A stretch of DNA of 64,000 nt from Paraspadella gotoi (GCA_051294375.1 CM119269.1:5754050-5818049), one strand, 5' to 3'. Positions 23,782 through 36,860 are shown, counted from the first letter of the stretch. Numbers and translations: made by a program. Notes: a model not told the origin generated them from the sequence alone.

Positions 23782-24179
23782 TTCTATCTTTCTATGTAAA
23801 TCATTGGCGATGCAAACTCCGTCCTTGGCGGACAGAGGAAAGAGGGATTGAGAGCGACGGGATTCTTTTCTCTCTCTCGGTGTCTCAAGCTCTCTCGTCT
23901 CTCGCTCTCTGTCTTTCTTTAGTCTTTCTTTGTTTCTCTCTCTCTTTCTCTCTCTCTCTCGTCTCTCGCTCTCTGTCTTTCTTTAGTCTTTCTGCCATTT
24001 CTTTGTTTCTGTGCGTGTGTAAAATAGTGTGTGTGTGTGTGGTGTTTTGTTTGTTTCGTTTCCGCTATCTATTGTGTCTGCTCGATCTCAATATCGCTGG
24101 ATCTCTCGTTCTCCTCTTTTTCGACTCTTCCTTTTTCCCCCCTCTCTTTCTCTTCTTCTCTCTCTCGACTCTCTCTCAG

Positions 24180-24211
<32 letters not shown>

Positions 24212-25833
24212 GTTATTTCCATCTCTCCTCGTAATAAGTCTTGGCCCTCTTAGTTGTACGCTTCTGTGTTCTTCTTTCTCTCCTAACTATCTCCTGGGCT
24301 CTCTGTCTTTCCACTAGTCCTGGAGTGGAGAATATTTGCTGAATCTGTCTGAGTAATTCTGTCTGTCTTCTCATATTCTCGTATGAAGAAGTCACGGCTA
24401 CTCGTTCCTTCTCTCTCTTTTTCCTCCTCCTCTCTCCGTGTCTTTTAGTCTTCTACTCCAGCATCGTCTCTCTCTCTCTCCTCTCTCTCTTCTTCTCCTC
24501 TCTCTCTTCTCGTCTCTCCTCTCTCTTTTCTTTTCCTCTTCGTCTCTTTTTCTTTTATCTGCTCTCTCTCTCTCTCCCTCGCTATTTTTTGATTGCTTTT
24601 TTTTTCTTAGCTGGCTGCTCTGGACTACTAAACTCAAAGCCGAAGGGCGAAGGAGGAAAGACGCTCCACTGGCCCCTCCCCTGCGCGTTTCTTCTCTTTC
24701 ACTGGAAAGAGGAAGATTAAGAGGAACCGGGGTGGGTAAATGGTGGGTGGGGTGGTGATGGTCGGTGGGGTTGGTTAAAAAGTGGGTGGGTTGGTGAATG
24801 TGGAGGTGGAGTGGTTGAATGGTGGGTTGGGTGGTGATGGTGTGGTGGGGTGGCGAGTGGCGGGTGGGTTATGAATGGTGGGTGGGTGGTGAGTGGTGGT
24901 TCGAGGGTCGGCGAGGGATGGCGACGAGTGGTCGTATGGCTCACTATAGGTGAGGCCAGGTCGTGTTTGTAACGGCAGATTGCTATGTTTATTTTATTTA
25001 AGGCTTGGTTTATATTTTGAGATATTTAAAAGTTGAGTGGTGGGCATAAGTCGATTTGTGCAGAGTGAGTGGGGTCGTTTTAAACATTTGCTCTTCGGAC
25101 TTTGGATGAATTATCTAAGTATGATTAAGGAGTATGGAGTGGGTATGATGAAACGATACTTGTGGAGTCGTTTTTCGTCACGGAAGTGAAAAAATTGGAA
25201 AAAGTTGGTGTCTAGCTTAAAGCCAAAATGGTTTGGGTTTAATTTATCATGGATAAACTTTAATTTTAAATAAATTTATGAAATTGGTAGCAAACCAATA
25301 TTAAAAATTATCGCATTCATTTATTGAAAATAGTGGCCTATTTGCCCCTGACTTGGGACAGGCTTTGGTGGTTTTAATGGCCTCCAGTCACTCTTACAAA
25401 GATAAGACCATAGCAGGTGACCCTGCAAAGCTTCAATTAAGACTTCTCTGCACAAAGTCTCGTTTATTCACAGTCCCAGAGTACCTGGCTTTCCCTTATT
25501 CAATGAAGTGGTATAATATCAATATTCAAATAATTTAGAGATCCAAAATGCGGATCATTTAACTTTCTTCTCTCAGTTGGGCTCAGTTGGCTTTTTTTTT
25601 TTTCTCTGCTTATTTTTCATTTTATTTACTGTACTTTGGAATCGTGACGGGCGTCCCATTTTTTCGGTCGACGCAAAAGTAGTGTTGGTCATTCTTCGCG
25701 CCATTTGTACTGTGCGGTCCTCCTCCCAGAAATTGCGCCATTGTTCCACTAGTTCGTGCTTTCCGCGCCAACGTCGCCATAATAACGCTGGTTATCACGA
25801 TTTTTTATATCTGACGTTGTTTACGGGGCGAAA

Positions 25834-25865
<32 letters not shown>

Positions 25866-28800
25866 TGAGAGAGAGAGTAGAGAAGAGGAGAGAAAGAGAG
25901 AGAGAGAGGAGAGAGTAACCGACGGTCAGTGGATGTCTGTTTTGGTCCTTTTGTTGTATATGCGTTCAATGCAGTGATGTCATTCATAGGGAATTGAACG
26001 AATTGGATCAGGCTGTTCAATCTGCGCTGTGAGTCACCAGGATCGAAAGTTTGTAAAGAAATCAGAATGCAAAATAAAAACCGCGTGTTTTTTTTGTTCC
26101 GCGAGTAATTCTCTAGAGTCGATGCTTTTTTTTTTTTTTTTTTTTTTTTTCCTTCATGACAAAGGAATTTTATCTCGATTGAGAAGCGACAAACTGAAAC
26201 GGTGAAACCGGAGAAGAGGAAAATCCTGGGAGGGCAATGCGAGGCAGAAGTAGGGCAANNNNNNNNNNNNNNNNNNNNNNNNNTCAAGCCGAAGGGCGAA
26301 GGAGGAAGACGCTAATCACTGGCCCCGCGCGTTTCTCTTTCAACTTGGAAAGAGGAAGATAAAGGAACCGGGAAAAAGAGAGAGATAAGCAGATGATTCA
26401 ATTCCCGAACCTCGATAGAGAAAGGAGAAGAGAGAAGAATGAAGAGAGGAAGGGAAAAAAATGTTAGAAAAGGAGCAGGGAAGAGATGAACGGAAGAGTG
26501 GTGGTGGGGATGGAGAAGATGAGGAGGAGGAGAGAAGGAGGAAGGAAGGAGAGAGATGAAGAATTGCAGGAAAGATGTAGAAGCTAGAGAGAGAGAGAGA
26601 AGTATGGAAGAGAGATAGTGGGAAAAGGTGAGAAAGCGGGTAGGAAGAGAATGGCGAGAGGATATGGGAAGACGAGAGTGTGTGGCAGGATGTAGATGGA
26701 AGGAGAGTACTTAGTGTAGATTAGGTAGAAAGATGCCGGCAGGAAAGATAGGACACAGTAGAATGCCTGCTGTGCGGGTCACGGGTGCTTAGAGAAATCA
26801 GAGGAAGAATATGCAGTCGATCAATGTCTGGGCACAACGCCACAGGGAAAAGAGACTAGGAATGTGGGAAGAGAAAAGTTATGAGAGACGGGTGGTTGTG
26901 AAAAACGGGTGGTCAACCGGTTTGCATGTATAATAATAATTGGATGTGGGAGACGCAGAAATGTGATGTGGTAGGGAGCGGTGCAGAGTGGGAGTAGTAT
27001 GTTATTTCTTGCTCTATTTTCAACTTTATCGAGGGTTGTTTTATATAATTATCTATATATTTTTATTATCAGTACGGAGATTATATGTATGGCAATAGTA
27101 CCGGATCACGCTTATTTCGTCAATAACATATTAATTTTTGGTTTCGGCGGGTTTTTTCTTTTTCTTAATGTATTCGAATCTAGGGTCGGGTTTAATTAAT
27201 TATTATTACATATCTTCTCGGATTTTACTAAGTCGATAAGGTTTTTGAGATTTTATAAACATCTGGATGGCTACTCTGGAGTTCTGATCTCATGTTACTA
27301 TTGGTTTCGCTCGTTGTTTGGGTCTCAGTCGGTTTTATGGGTTACCTCTTTCTTTAGTCCCCTTTCTTAATGGTCGGTAGACATCAGCGAAGCTAATAGG
27401 GATCAATATAATAGCTAGGATACATAACGATCTTAACGGTATTGGAATTATTTAGTCTTCATGGATTTTGGTCTTGGTATATATATTTACAATTATGGGA
27501 GAAGTTTTAGATTCTTTATTATTTTTTATAATATAAGTTTCCGTTTATACGGATTATGAAAATAAAACGATTACAATTAATTCTACCTAGGGGTTTAAGA
27601 CTCTTGTATGTTGACTTGTATATTGTATCAGCTCTGGAAAATAGTTTCGGTCGAGACTCTCATTAATATTCGTTTCTAAGCGAGGTCATAAGAACCGGGA
27701 CAGAGAAAGACTGGCTCTCTCGGTATAGAAGTTTTATAACACACCGTTCTGGATTGGCGCAGGGCCTTGGAGGTACGACAAGCGTCGAGATGATGAGTAT
27801 GTGGCAGTTATTAAGTTAGAGGCGGAAATAGAAAAAAAAATTAAGGTTATATTACCCCGGAGTTTCTTTATTTATTTTTATTTGCTAGAGATCGACTTCA
27901 TTCTTTTACATCGTGTCTGGTTCTTATTTTATTATGTTTCGTTGCTTCTTGTAGACGTATGTTGCGCTTGCTCTTCCGTGTGTTCAAGCCGGGCTCGATA
28001 GATTATTAGAGTATGAGACACTTATCCTAATATTTCGGCATTTAAGGATTAGTGCGTCGGCTGATTATGATTATATAGATAGTGGGGAATAATAGAAGGA
28101 GAAAATAAAAAGGTTGGGAGTTAAGAAATATTGTTTATTTGGAATTGCTGGGTTGGTTCAATTATTCACAACTTAGCACTAATTAAAACATAGATACAAA
28201 TTTTGAAATTTCTAAGCGAGATTTGGGAACTGGACAAACAACACATTCTCGTATACGATCTTTTTCAGCGTTTCGAATGGGCAGCGAATAAAAAAAAAAT
28301 CCTCTCGATAATTAGTGAGGAAAATAAAAAATCAATTTTCAGGTGAAGACTAAGAAGTGAAAAACGGAAACGTCATAAGACTCCGCAACCCTTACCACGC
28401 CCCTCGTTTGGCCTGCCCGCCCTCCTCCCTCCTCCGAAAATACAAAGTTAAATAAAAAAGAAAAAAATGCGCGAAAATCGATGCGGTGAAAGCAAAGACG
28501 ATATGAGTCGCCCAGACCTTGGAGCACGTGAGATTTTCGAGATATCACATAAAGTAAAGATGAATATTTGAGCAGACAGTGAAAAAAGAAGTTGGGAAAA
28601 ATATAAAATAGAAATATTAAAGTATAGCGGGTAGAAAGAAAAAAGCACTTCTAGAGAGGAGGACGAGAGTGAGAGAAGAGAGAGAGAGGAGAGAGAGAGG
28701 AGAGAGAGAGAGAGAGAGAGACGAGAGGAGAGAGAGAGATTTTCTTGGCGTTTGATGATGCGTTAACGACGATACAACGCGATAAACATTCACGGTCTAA

Positions 28801-29304
28801 TCCATCGCGAGAATCCCAAGCCAAGGACGTGGGCCGCGCGCACGTAGAGAGAGAGAGAGAGAGAGGAGAAGAGTATTTAATTTCTATCTTTCTATGTAAA
28901 AATGTCATGTGAGAGGTCGATAGATGACATGCATAACTACGTCTTGGCGGACAGAGGAAAGAGGGATTGAGAGTCGACGGATTCTTTTCTCTGCGCTCAT
29001 CGAGGGTGTCTGCAAGCTTCTCTCCGTGCTAATCGCCTCTCTGTCTTTCTTAGGTCTTTCTTTTTTCTCTCTCTCTTTCTCTCTCTCTCTCGTCTCTCGC
29101 TCTCTGTCTTTCTTTAGTGCCATTTCTTTGTTTCTGTGCGTGTGTAAAATAGTGTGTGTGTGTGTGGTGTTTTGTTTGTTTCGTTTCCGCTATCTATTGT
29201 GTCTGCTCGATCTCAATATCGCTGGATCTCTCGTTCTCCTCTTTTTCGACTCTTCCTTTTTCCCCCCTCTCTTTCTCTTCTTCTCTCTCTCGACTCTCTC
29301 TCAG

Positions 29305-29336
<32 letters not shown>

Positions 29337-31108
29337 GTTATTTCCATCTCTCCTCGTAATAAGTCTTGGCCCTCTTAGTTGTACGCTTCTGTGTTCTTCT
29401 TTCTCTCCTAACTATCTCCTGGGCTCTCTGTCTTTCCACTAGTCCTGGAGTGGAGAATATTTGCTGAATCTGTCTGAGTAATTCTGTCTGTCTTCTCATA
29501 TTCTCGTATGAAGAAGTCACGGCTACTCGTTCCTTCTCTCTCTTTTTCCTCCTCCTCTCTCCGTGTCTTTTAGTCTTCTACTCCAGCATCGTCTCTCTCT
29601 CTCTCCTCTCTCTCTTCTTCTCCTCTCTCTCTTCTCGTCTCTCCTCTCTCTTTTCTTTTCCTCTTCGTCTCTTTTTCTTTTATCTGCTCTCTCTCTCTCT
29701 CCCTCGCTATTTTTTGATTGCTTTTTTTTTCTTAGCTGGCTGCTCTGGACTACTAAACTCAAAGCCGAAGGGCGAAGGAGGAAAGACGCTCCACTGGCCC
29801 CTCCCCTGCGCGTTTCTTCTCTTTCACTGGAAAGAGGAAGATTAAGAGGAACCGGGGTGGGTAAATGGTGGGTGGGGTGGTGATGGTCGGTGGGGTTGGT
29901 TAAAAAGTGGGTGGGTTGGTGAATGTGGAGGTGGAGTGGTTGAATGGTGGGTTGGGTGGTGATGGTGTGGTGGGGTGGCGAGTGGCGGGTGGGTTATGAA
30001 TGGTGGGTGGGTGGTGAGTGGTGGTTCGAGNNNNNNNNNNNNNNNNNNNNNNNNNTGGGGTGGTGAAGTGGTGGTCGAGGTCGGCGATGGCGACGAGTGG
30101 GTCGTATGGCTCACTATAGGTGAGGCCAAGTCGTGTTTGGTACGGCTAGATTGCTATGTTTATTTTATTTAAGGCTTGGTTTATATTTTGAGAATATTTA
30201 AAGTTGAGTGGTGGGCATAAGTCGATTTGTCAGAGTGAGTGGTCGTTTTACATTGCTCGACTTGGATGATTATCTTAAGTATGATTAAGTATGGAGTGGT
30301 ATGGAGTGAACGATACTGTGGAGTCGTTTTCGTCACGGAAGTGAAAAATTGGAAAAAGTTGGTTCTAGCTTAAAGCAAAAATGTTTGGTTAATTTATCAG
30401 ATAAACTTTATTTTAAATAAATTTATGAAATTGGTACAACCAATATAAAAATTATCCATTCATTTAATAAATAAGCTATCTTGCCCCTGACTTTGGACAG
30501 GCTTTGGTGGTTTAAGGCCTCCATCACTCTTACAAGATAATGACATAGCAGGTCCCTGCAAGCTTTCAATTAAGACTCTCTCACAGTCTCGTTTATTCAC
30601 TCCCAGAGTACCTGGCTTCCCTATCAATGAAGTGGTATAATATTCAAATATTCAAATATTAGAGAATCACAAATGCGGATCATTTAACTTTCTTCTCAGT
30701 TGGCTTTTTTTTTTCTGCTTATTTCATTTTATTACTGGAATCGTGACGGCGTCCATTTTTCGTCGACCAAAATATGTGGCATTCCTCGCCGCCATTTTAC
30801 TGCGTCTCCCCCAGAAATTGCGCCATTGCTTTCCACTATTTCGTCTTTCCGCCAACGTCGCCACTAATAAACGCTGATTCGATTTTTATTCTGACGTTGA
30901 CGGGGGAAAAAGAGAGAGAGAGAGAGAACCCTAATAAGGAAGAGATCTGCGTTCCCAGAAATTGCGCCATTGCTTTCCACTATTTCGTCTTTCCGCAACG
31001 TCGCACTAATAACGCTATTACGATTTTTAATTCTGACGTTGACGGGGCGAAAAAGAAAGAGAGAGAAGAGAGAGAGAGAGTTANNNNNNNNNNNNNNNNN
31101 NNNNNNNN

Positions 31109-31145
<37 letters not shown>

Positions 31146-31450
31146 TAACGACGTCGTGATTCTGTTTTGTCTTTTGTTTATATGCGTTCAATGCAGATGT
31201 CATTCACTAGGGAATTGAACGAATTGGATCAGGCTGGTCAACGCTGTGAGTCACCAAGGATCGAAGTTTGTAAAGAAATCAATGCAAAATAAAACGCTGC
31301 TTTTTTGTTCGCAGAATCTCTAGAGTCGATGCTCTTTTTTTTTTTCCTTCATCACAAAGGAATTTTTCTCGATTGAGAAGCGACATCGAACGGTGAAACC
31401 GGAGAAGAGGAAAATCCTGGAGGGCATGCGAGGCAGAAAGTAGGGCAATT
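19890..31450 (+). repeat. One ~3.8-kb non-coding block represented 3-4 times (19890-23719; 23745-26258; ~26990-30030; 30056-31450), separated by 25-N gaps
   Basis: Identical ORF-track translations recur at offsets of 2539 and 7664 bp. 26990-28650 is an insertion-riddled version of 19890-20985. Confidence 0.92.
30428..30650 (+). repeat. ~220-bp interspersed repeat core, unclassified (also ~22742, ~25281, ~53340, ~56517, ~62857 on +, and ~61630-61855 on -)
   Basis: Shared sequence aaattggtacaaccaatat...ctcttacaagataat...gtccctgcaagctttcaat...cccagagtacc...tatcaatgaagtgg occurs in at least three different flanking contexts. Confidence 0.85.
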
Positions 31451-31492
31451 GAGAGATTTAGACAGAATAAAAAAAAAAGGTTGGATGGAGAG

Positions 31493-31565
<73 letters not shown>

Positions 31566-32689
31566 CTAGACAGAATGCGGAAAAAAAAAAGAAAATGAAT
31601 TTTATATAACTTAACATCGTCGAAATAGAAATATAAGAAAAAAAAATTAACAAAAACATTTTCAGTGGAACAAAAAAATAATAATGAAGAAACAAAAAAG
31701 TAAGAAATTAAAAATTAACTAAAAAACAAAACAAAAAAACAAACAAACAATAAGACCATAAGTCGTTATAATGACAGCGTCATCCTCAAACAGTGACCAC
31801 TCTGTTTGACCCCGAAGGCGCTTGGTCCGAGGGTCACTCTGGAACGTAGGGGTCAGGGTCGAATCGACCCTTTCGGGGTCACGCGCAATTCGTAAAAGGT
31901 CCCTCCATCGAATCGAACCCCGGGGGCGATTGGTGGAGAGGAAGGGGGGAGGAGAGTAGGGGGGAGAAGGGAGGGGAGGCCGGTTCAAGGTTCCGAGGGT
32001 CAAGCGGAGGCGGTTGTCCTTTGCGCTCGACTCAGTCCAAGAAAAATAGTCTCGCCTTACCTCCCCCCCAACTTCTTTTTTTAAAGATTTTACTTTACTT
32101 TTTATTTATATGTATTCTCTTCTCATTTAACTAATTAGATTTTATTGTCTTTTCTGTTTAAATTACGGAAAGCGAAGGTTTCCCTTCAAATAATCGATGA
32201 GATATTTTAAAATTTTTCGTATTTATCTTCCTTCTTCTCTTTGTTTCTAATTGATAATCTTTCTAATCTTTCTAATCTTGCTAATCCTTCATTCTTCTCT
32301 CATTCTATTTTCTCACCTTTTTTTTATATGCTTATTTTTTTTCACCCTCTTCTTTCTTTCACAATCTTTTTACTCCCCTTTTTTCTTCCTCCAATGGCTT
32401 CTCTTCCATCTCTCACTTCTCACGTGAATCTTTACTCCGTGACCATGGTGACAAGGAGAAGCGTTCGAGCGATGACTGGTGAAGTCGCGTTGCGTGAATT
32501 CCGAAAGCGCGTTTAAAATCAACGTGTGAATGGTATTCATAAATTTATGGCATTCATGGCATTTATGGCATTTATGAATTACATTATTCAAGTATTTTTA
32601 TTAGCCTTTAGTGAATGATATTTATGTATTTACGGCATTCATGGCATTATTGAATTACATTTTTTTTGAGCCTCTTCTAATGATGTTAC

Positions 32690-33400
32690 TTCCCCGCCAT
32701 CTTTTTTCCTGCTCCAGCGACCAATCTATATCTAATCTCCAACTACGCCCAGCCGCTCCTCTTCCATCATGTCACTTTTCCCGCACTTTTTTCCTGCTCA
32801 CCAGCCGACCAATCTATGCTGCTCCATTCTCCCCAGCCGCTCCTCATCCTATCATGTACTTTCTTTCCCGCATGACTTTTTCTTTTCTGCTCCAAGCGAC
32901 CAAGTTTCTCTCCCTTCTTCCCAGCCGTACTCTCATTCCATCATGTCCTTTTCCCACCGCATCTTTTTTCCTGCTCCAGCGACCATCTATCTCTTCCACT
33001 CTGCCCAGCCGCGTTCCATCTCTCAATGTTCACTATTCCCCCTGCCTTTTTTCTGTCAAGCGCCAATTATCTTCACTAACCAGCCGCTCCTACATGCCAT
33101 NNNNNNNNNNNNNNNNNNNNNNNNNNNNNNNNNNNNNNNNNNNNNNNNNNNNNNNNNNNNNNNNNNNNNNNNNNNNNNNNNNNNNNNNNNNNNNNNNNNN
33201 NNNNNNNNNNNNNNNNNNNNNNNNNNNNNNNNNNNNNNNNNNNNNNNNNNNNNNNNNNNNNNNNNNNNNNNNNNNNNNNNNNNNNNNNNNNNNNNNNNNN
33301 NNNNNNNNNNNNNNNNNNNNNNNNNNNNNNNNNNNNNNNNNNNNCTGTTCCAGCGACAAATCTATCTCTCCACTTCTCCCAACCGCTCCTCATCCCCCCC
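32690..33400 (+). repeat. Degenerate ~85-90-bp tandem repeat spanning a gap
   Basis: Recurring ttttcctgctccagcgacca...cccagccgctcctc...atcatgt units on both sides of the 244-N gap. Confidence 0.75.
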
Positions 33401-34256
33401 TTTTGGCCACTCCTCTTCCTCTCTCCAGCAGTTCTTTTTCTCCGGCGCCAAAAAGACGAATCCTCTCCAATAACTCGAAGTCGTTGTTGTCGTTGTTGCC
33501 GGACGAGAACCGGAAGTAGTTATCGACAACATAAAGGGATGGTTATTTAATAACTTATTATTATCATCGGGTAAAGAATTAAATATGTCATTGCTGCCTG
33601 TTGGTTGAGGAATTTTCCTCTTCACAAATATCCTCACGTCCCGTTATCTTCTACATGAGAAAGAAAAGCGTGTTCAAAATCCCCAGAGCGAAAATTGCGG
33701 GAAAAAATAATTTTTTATCGTCACTCGGAGACGAAAACTGTTCGTTATTGCCAAAGTTAACCAAAACAAAGAACGTTTTGTTGTTTCTTATCGCCGTTAG
33801 AGAAATATATACTAAAGAGGTCCCGGTGAAGCAACGGCGCGTCGCAGGAAACATCGACGGTCAGTGGGCGACCCCCCCTCCCCGGCGTCTCTCTCACGAC
33901 CCCCCCCCTCTCTATCATTCTCCCCCCCCACGTCAGCCTTGACGCCAACGAGCGCGTGGCGCTTCGCCAGACCGGAAGTCGGAAGCCAACAAAGATGGAA
34001 GCCTCGCTTCTCTTTAACCAACTCTTTCGCTCGAAGGTCCTTAACGTTATCCGCAGAGCGACACGACGTCTCCAGCTGCCTGACCCTGGCCTGACCCCTT
34101 CACTACTCCCCACCCCTTCAAGACCCCCTTCGTTTCCTCCAAACCCCTCGTGTTTAACTATTGAGAATCGTCACTACTACAAACTTCCATGCAGCGTTAC
34201 TGAAGACTCCCTAACTTCCTGTCTCCAGACATTTATTCCCTTATGCTTAAAAATCC

Positions 34257-34909
34257 GGCCCTGTTTTCCCAGAACGCCCCATTTTATCTTAAATTTAGAA
34301 TTAGGTTAATTTTTTTTAAATTAAAGATTAGGCTTTATTTTCCCAGAACACCTCATTTTATCTTAAATTTAAAATTAGGCTATTTTTTTAAAATTAAAGA
34401 TTCAACTTTATTTTCCCAGAATGCCCAATTTTATCTTAAATTTAGAATTAGGTTAATTTTTTTTAAATTAAAGATTAGGCTTTTTTACCCAGAATGTTTT
34501 ATTTTATTTTAAATTTAAAATTAGGTTATTTTTTTAAATTAAAAATTAGGCATTATTTTACCAGAACATTATATTTTATCTTAAATTTAGAATTAGGTTA
34601 ATTTTTTTAAAATTAAAGATTAGGTTAGAGGTTAGGGTTAGGGACTGGGTTAAGGATAAGGTTAATGAATAATATTAAAGACTAGTTTAATGGTTAGGGA
34701 TTAAACTTAAAGACTAGGGTTTAAGATTAGTGGTTGGGGTTAGAAATTAGGGTTAAGGGTTTAGGGTTAGGGTTTAAGATTAATTTAGAGCTCGGGATTA
34801 GGATAAGGGATTATAGTTAATTTAAAAACATATTTAAATTAAATATTAAGGTTAAAATTAAATTCCGGGATAAAGGAACGGAAATTGGGCGCTCTGGGAA
34901 AAAAGAGCC
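34257..34909. mobile_element. MITE-like element with 23-bp TIRs, an internal ~73-bp tandem array and a degenerate TTAGGG/TTAGG tract; duplicate at 40042-40700
   Basis: Left ggccctgttttcccagaacgccc vs reverse complement of right end ggctcttttttcccagagcgccc. Flanks aaaaatcc / aaaaaacc form an imperfect 8-bp TSD. Five internal units begin ccagaa...ttttatcttaaattt. Confidence 0.75.
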
Positions 34910-36019
34910 AAAAAACCTTCATCGCTTTTGCTCTCTCACAATCATAAACCCTCAACTCCCCCCTACCTTCAGTCCTTACCCTCCACTTGGACCGCATCGA
35001 CGCTGAACTTACTTTTTTTGGCGCGAATTCGGGTTTTTTTTCGTCGTCGTTAATCTTTGCGCTCGAGGATAATGGGCAGGGGAGAGGGCATGGGAGAGGG
35101 CATGGGAGAGGGGAGAGGCAGAGAACCGGAACGATTGAGGGAAAGGGAGAACAGGGATAAGGGGTGAACGGGAACGGGAAAGCGCATGGAAAGGAAGATT
35201 AGGATATAAAAGGAGTAAAAGAGAGAAACTGAAAGGGGCATGGAAAGGATATGGGAATTGGCATGGAATAGGAGATAAATACATGAACAGAGAAATGGGC
35301 AAGGAAAAGGGTATAAATACATTACATAAGAAGAGAAAGGGGCAAGAGAATGAGGAGTCTCGGCTCATCGGAAAAGTCGAGTCCAGGGAACAAAGCGGGC
35401 GAGAGTCATTCGTCATACGTAATCAAATTTTCTCGCTATTTATACATAACTTAGTAGTAATTAGTCACATATTGTTATCGAGCCTTNNNNNNNNNNAAGA
35501 TTTTTTTTTTAAACGTTCGTTTTTAATCGTAGTCAATTTGTCATCGGTTGTTATCTTTGTTATTTATTTTTCTCTTCGTTCGTCGTATTTGATGATAATC
35601 GTAGGAGTTCGTCTTTTTATTATTATCACTGTCTCCGCTGTTGGCCTATGTATGATAGTATTTTTTTCGTTCACCTATGTCGTTTTTTTTTAGTTCATAA
35701 AGTCATTCTTCATTCAATGTTCATTAATTCATTCATTTATTCATTCATTCATTCATTCATTCATTCATTCATTCTTCATTTTTGTCTTTATTTTTCCCCG
35801 TCGTCTTTTATTCTTATACATCTTCGTCTTTGGTCGTCGTCGTCGTCGTCGTCGTCGTCATTCTTCATCTTCGTTTCTCTTTGTTCGAATTGAACAACAG
35901 AAGCAGAATAAATCTTTTTTCTTTCTTTCCAACTGAGACACCTGGGGATTTGCGGCGGTAAATGGTGGCGGGAGAAATGAGAGTGGCGGGCAGAGTAAGC
36001 AGAAGAGAATTCTCAGCCA

Positions 36020-36860
36020 AATGTTATACTTTGAAAAGGGCTCCACGGTTACGCTGCTCTTGCCTCCGTCCGCTACTCTCGTACGACAATCGTTATCTTT
36101 CTGAACAAGCGGCTCAGTTACAGCGCCCTCGCCTCCCTTCTCCGTCCCTATCTCGTACCAACAATGATTATTTTGAAAAAGGGCCTCTTCAGGATTAACG
36201 CCTCTACCTTCTCCGTTTGCCGCCTATCTCGTACACAATGTTATATTTTGAAAAAGGGCCTCACAGTTAACGCCCTGCTCCTTCCTCCGTCCGCCCTATC
36301 TCGTACACATGTTATATTTTGAAGGGCCTCCAGGTTTACCGCCTGCTCCTTCACTGCACGTACCGCCTATCTCGTACACAATGTTATATTTTTGAAGGGC
36401 CTCCAGGTTACGCCTGCTCGCTTCTCCCGTCCGCCTAATCTCGTACAACAATGTTTTACATTTTGAAAGGGCCTCCAGGTTAACGCCCTGTCTACCTTCC
36501 TACCGTCCGCCTATCTCGTACGACAATGTTATATATTTTGAAAAAGGGCCTCAGGTTACGCCCTGCTCCTTCCTCCCGTCCGCCTATCTCGTACACATAT
36601 GTTATATTTTGAAAAAAGGGCCTCTCAGGTTACGCCTGCCTCCCTCCTCCTCGCGTTACCGCTGCTATCTCTGTACAAACATTTAAAATGTTATATTTAG
36701 AAAAACGGGCCGTCCTTACGCGTGTTTACACGCGCCTATCGTACATGTTTGAAGGCCTCAGTTACCACTCTCTTCTTCGTCCGCACTATACTCGTACACA
36801 TGTTTATTTTGAAAAGGGCTTCTCCGGTTAACGCCTGCTCCTTCCTCGCCGTTCAACACA
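36020..36860 (+). repeat. ~65-70-bp minisatellite, ~12 noisy copies
   Basis: Unit approximates ATGTTATATTTTGAAAGGGCCTCCAGGTTACGCCTGCTCCTTCTCCGTCCGCCTATCTCGTACACA. Confidence 0.9.

Noticed and set aside
26284-28650. Apparently unique sequence and small ORFs
   Set aside because: Mostly an insertion-riddled raw-read version of 19890-20985 and adjacent DNA.
32611-33519. Longest ORF in the track (302 aa)
   Set aside because: It spans a 244-N gap and a pyrimidine-rich tandem repeat, so it is not a credible protein.
33362-33942. Overlapping ORFs in a complex segment
   Set aside because: No recognisable motifs in any frame and no consistent splice structure.
34620-34810. True telomere or chromosome end
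   Set aside because: The TTAGGG-like tract is short, degenerate and enclosed within TIRs.
36020-36860. CRISPR-like array (also 45350-45490 and 58433-58572)
   Set aside because: Units are tandem without unique spacers, variation is indel noise, the context is eukaryotic and there are no cas genes.
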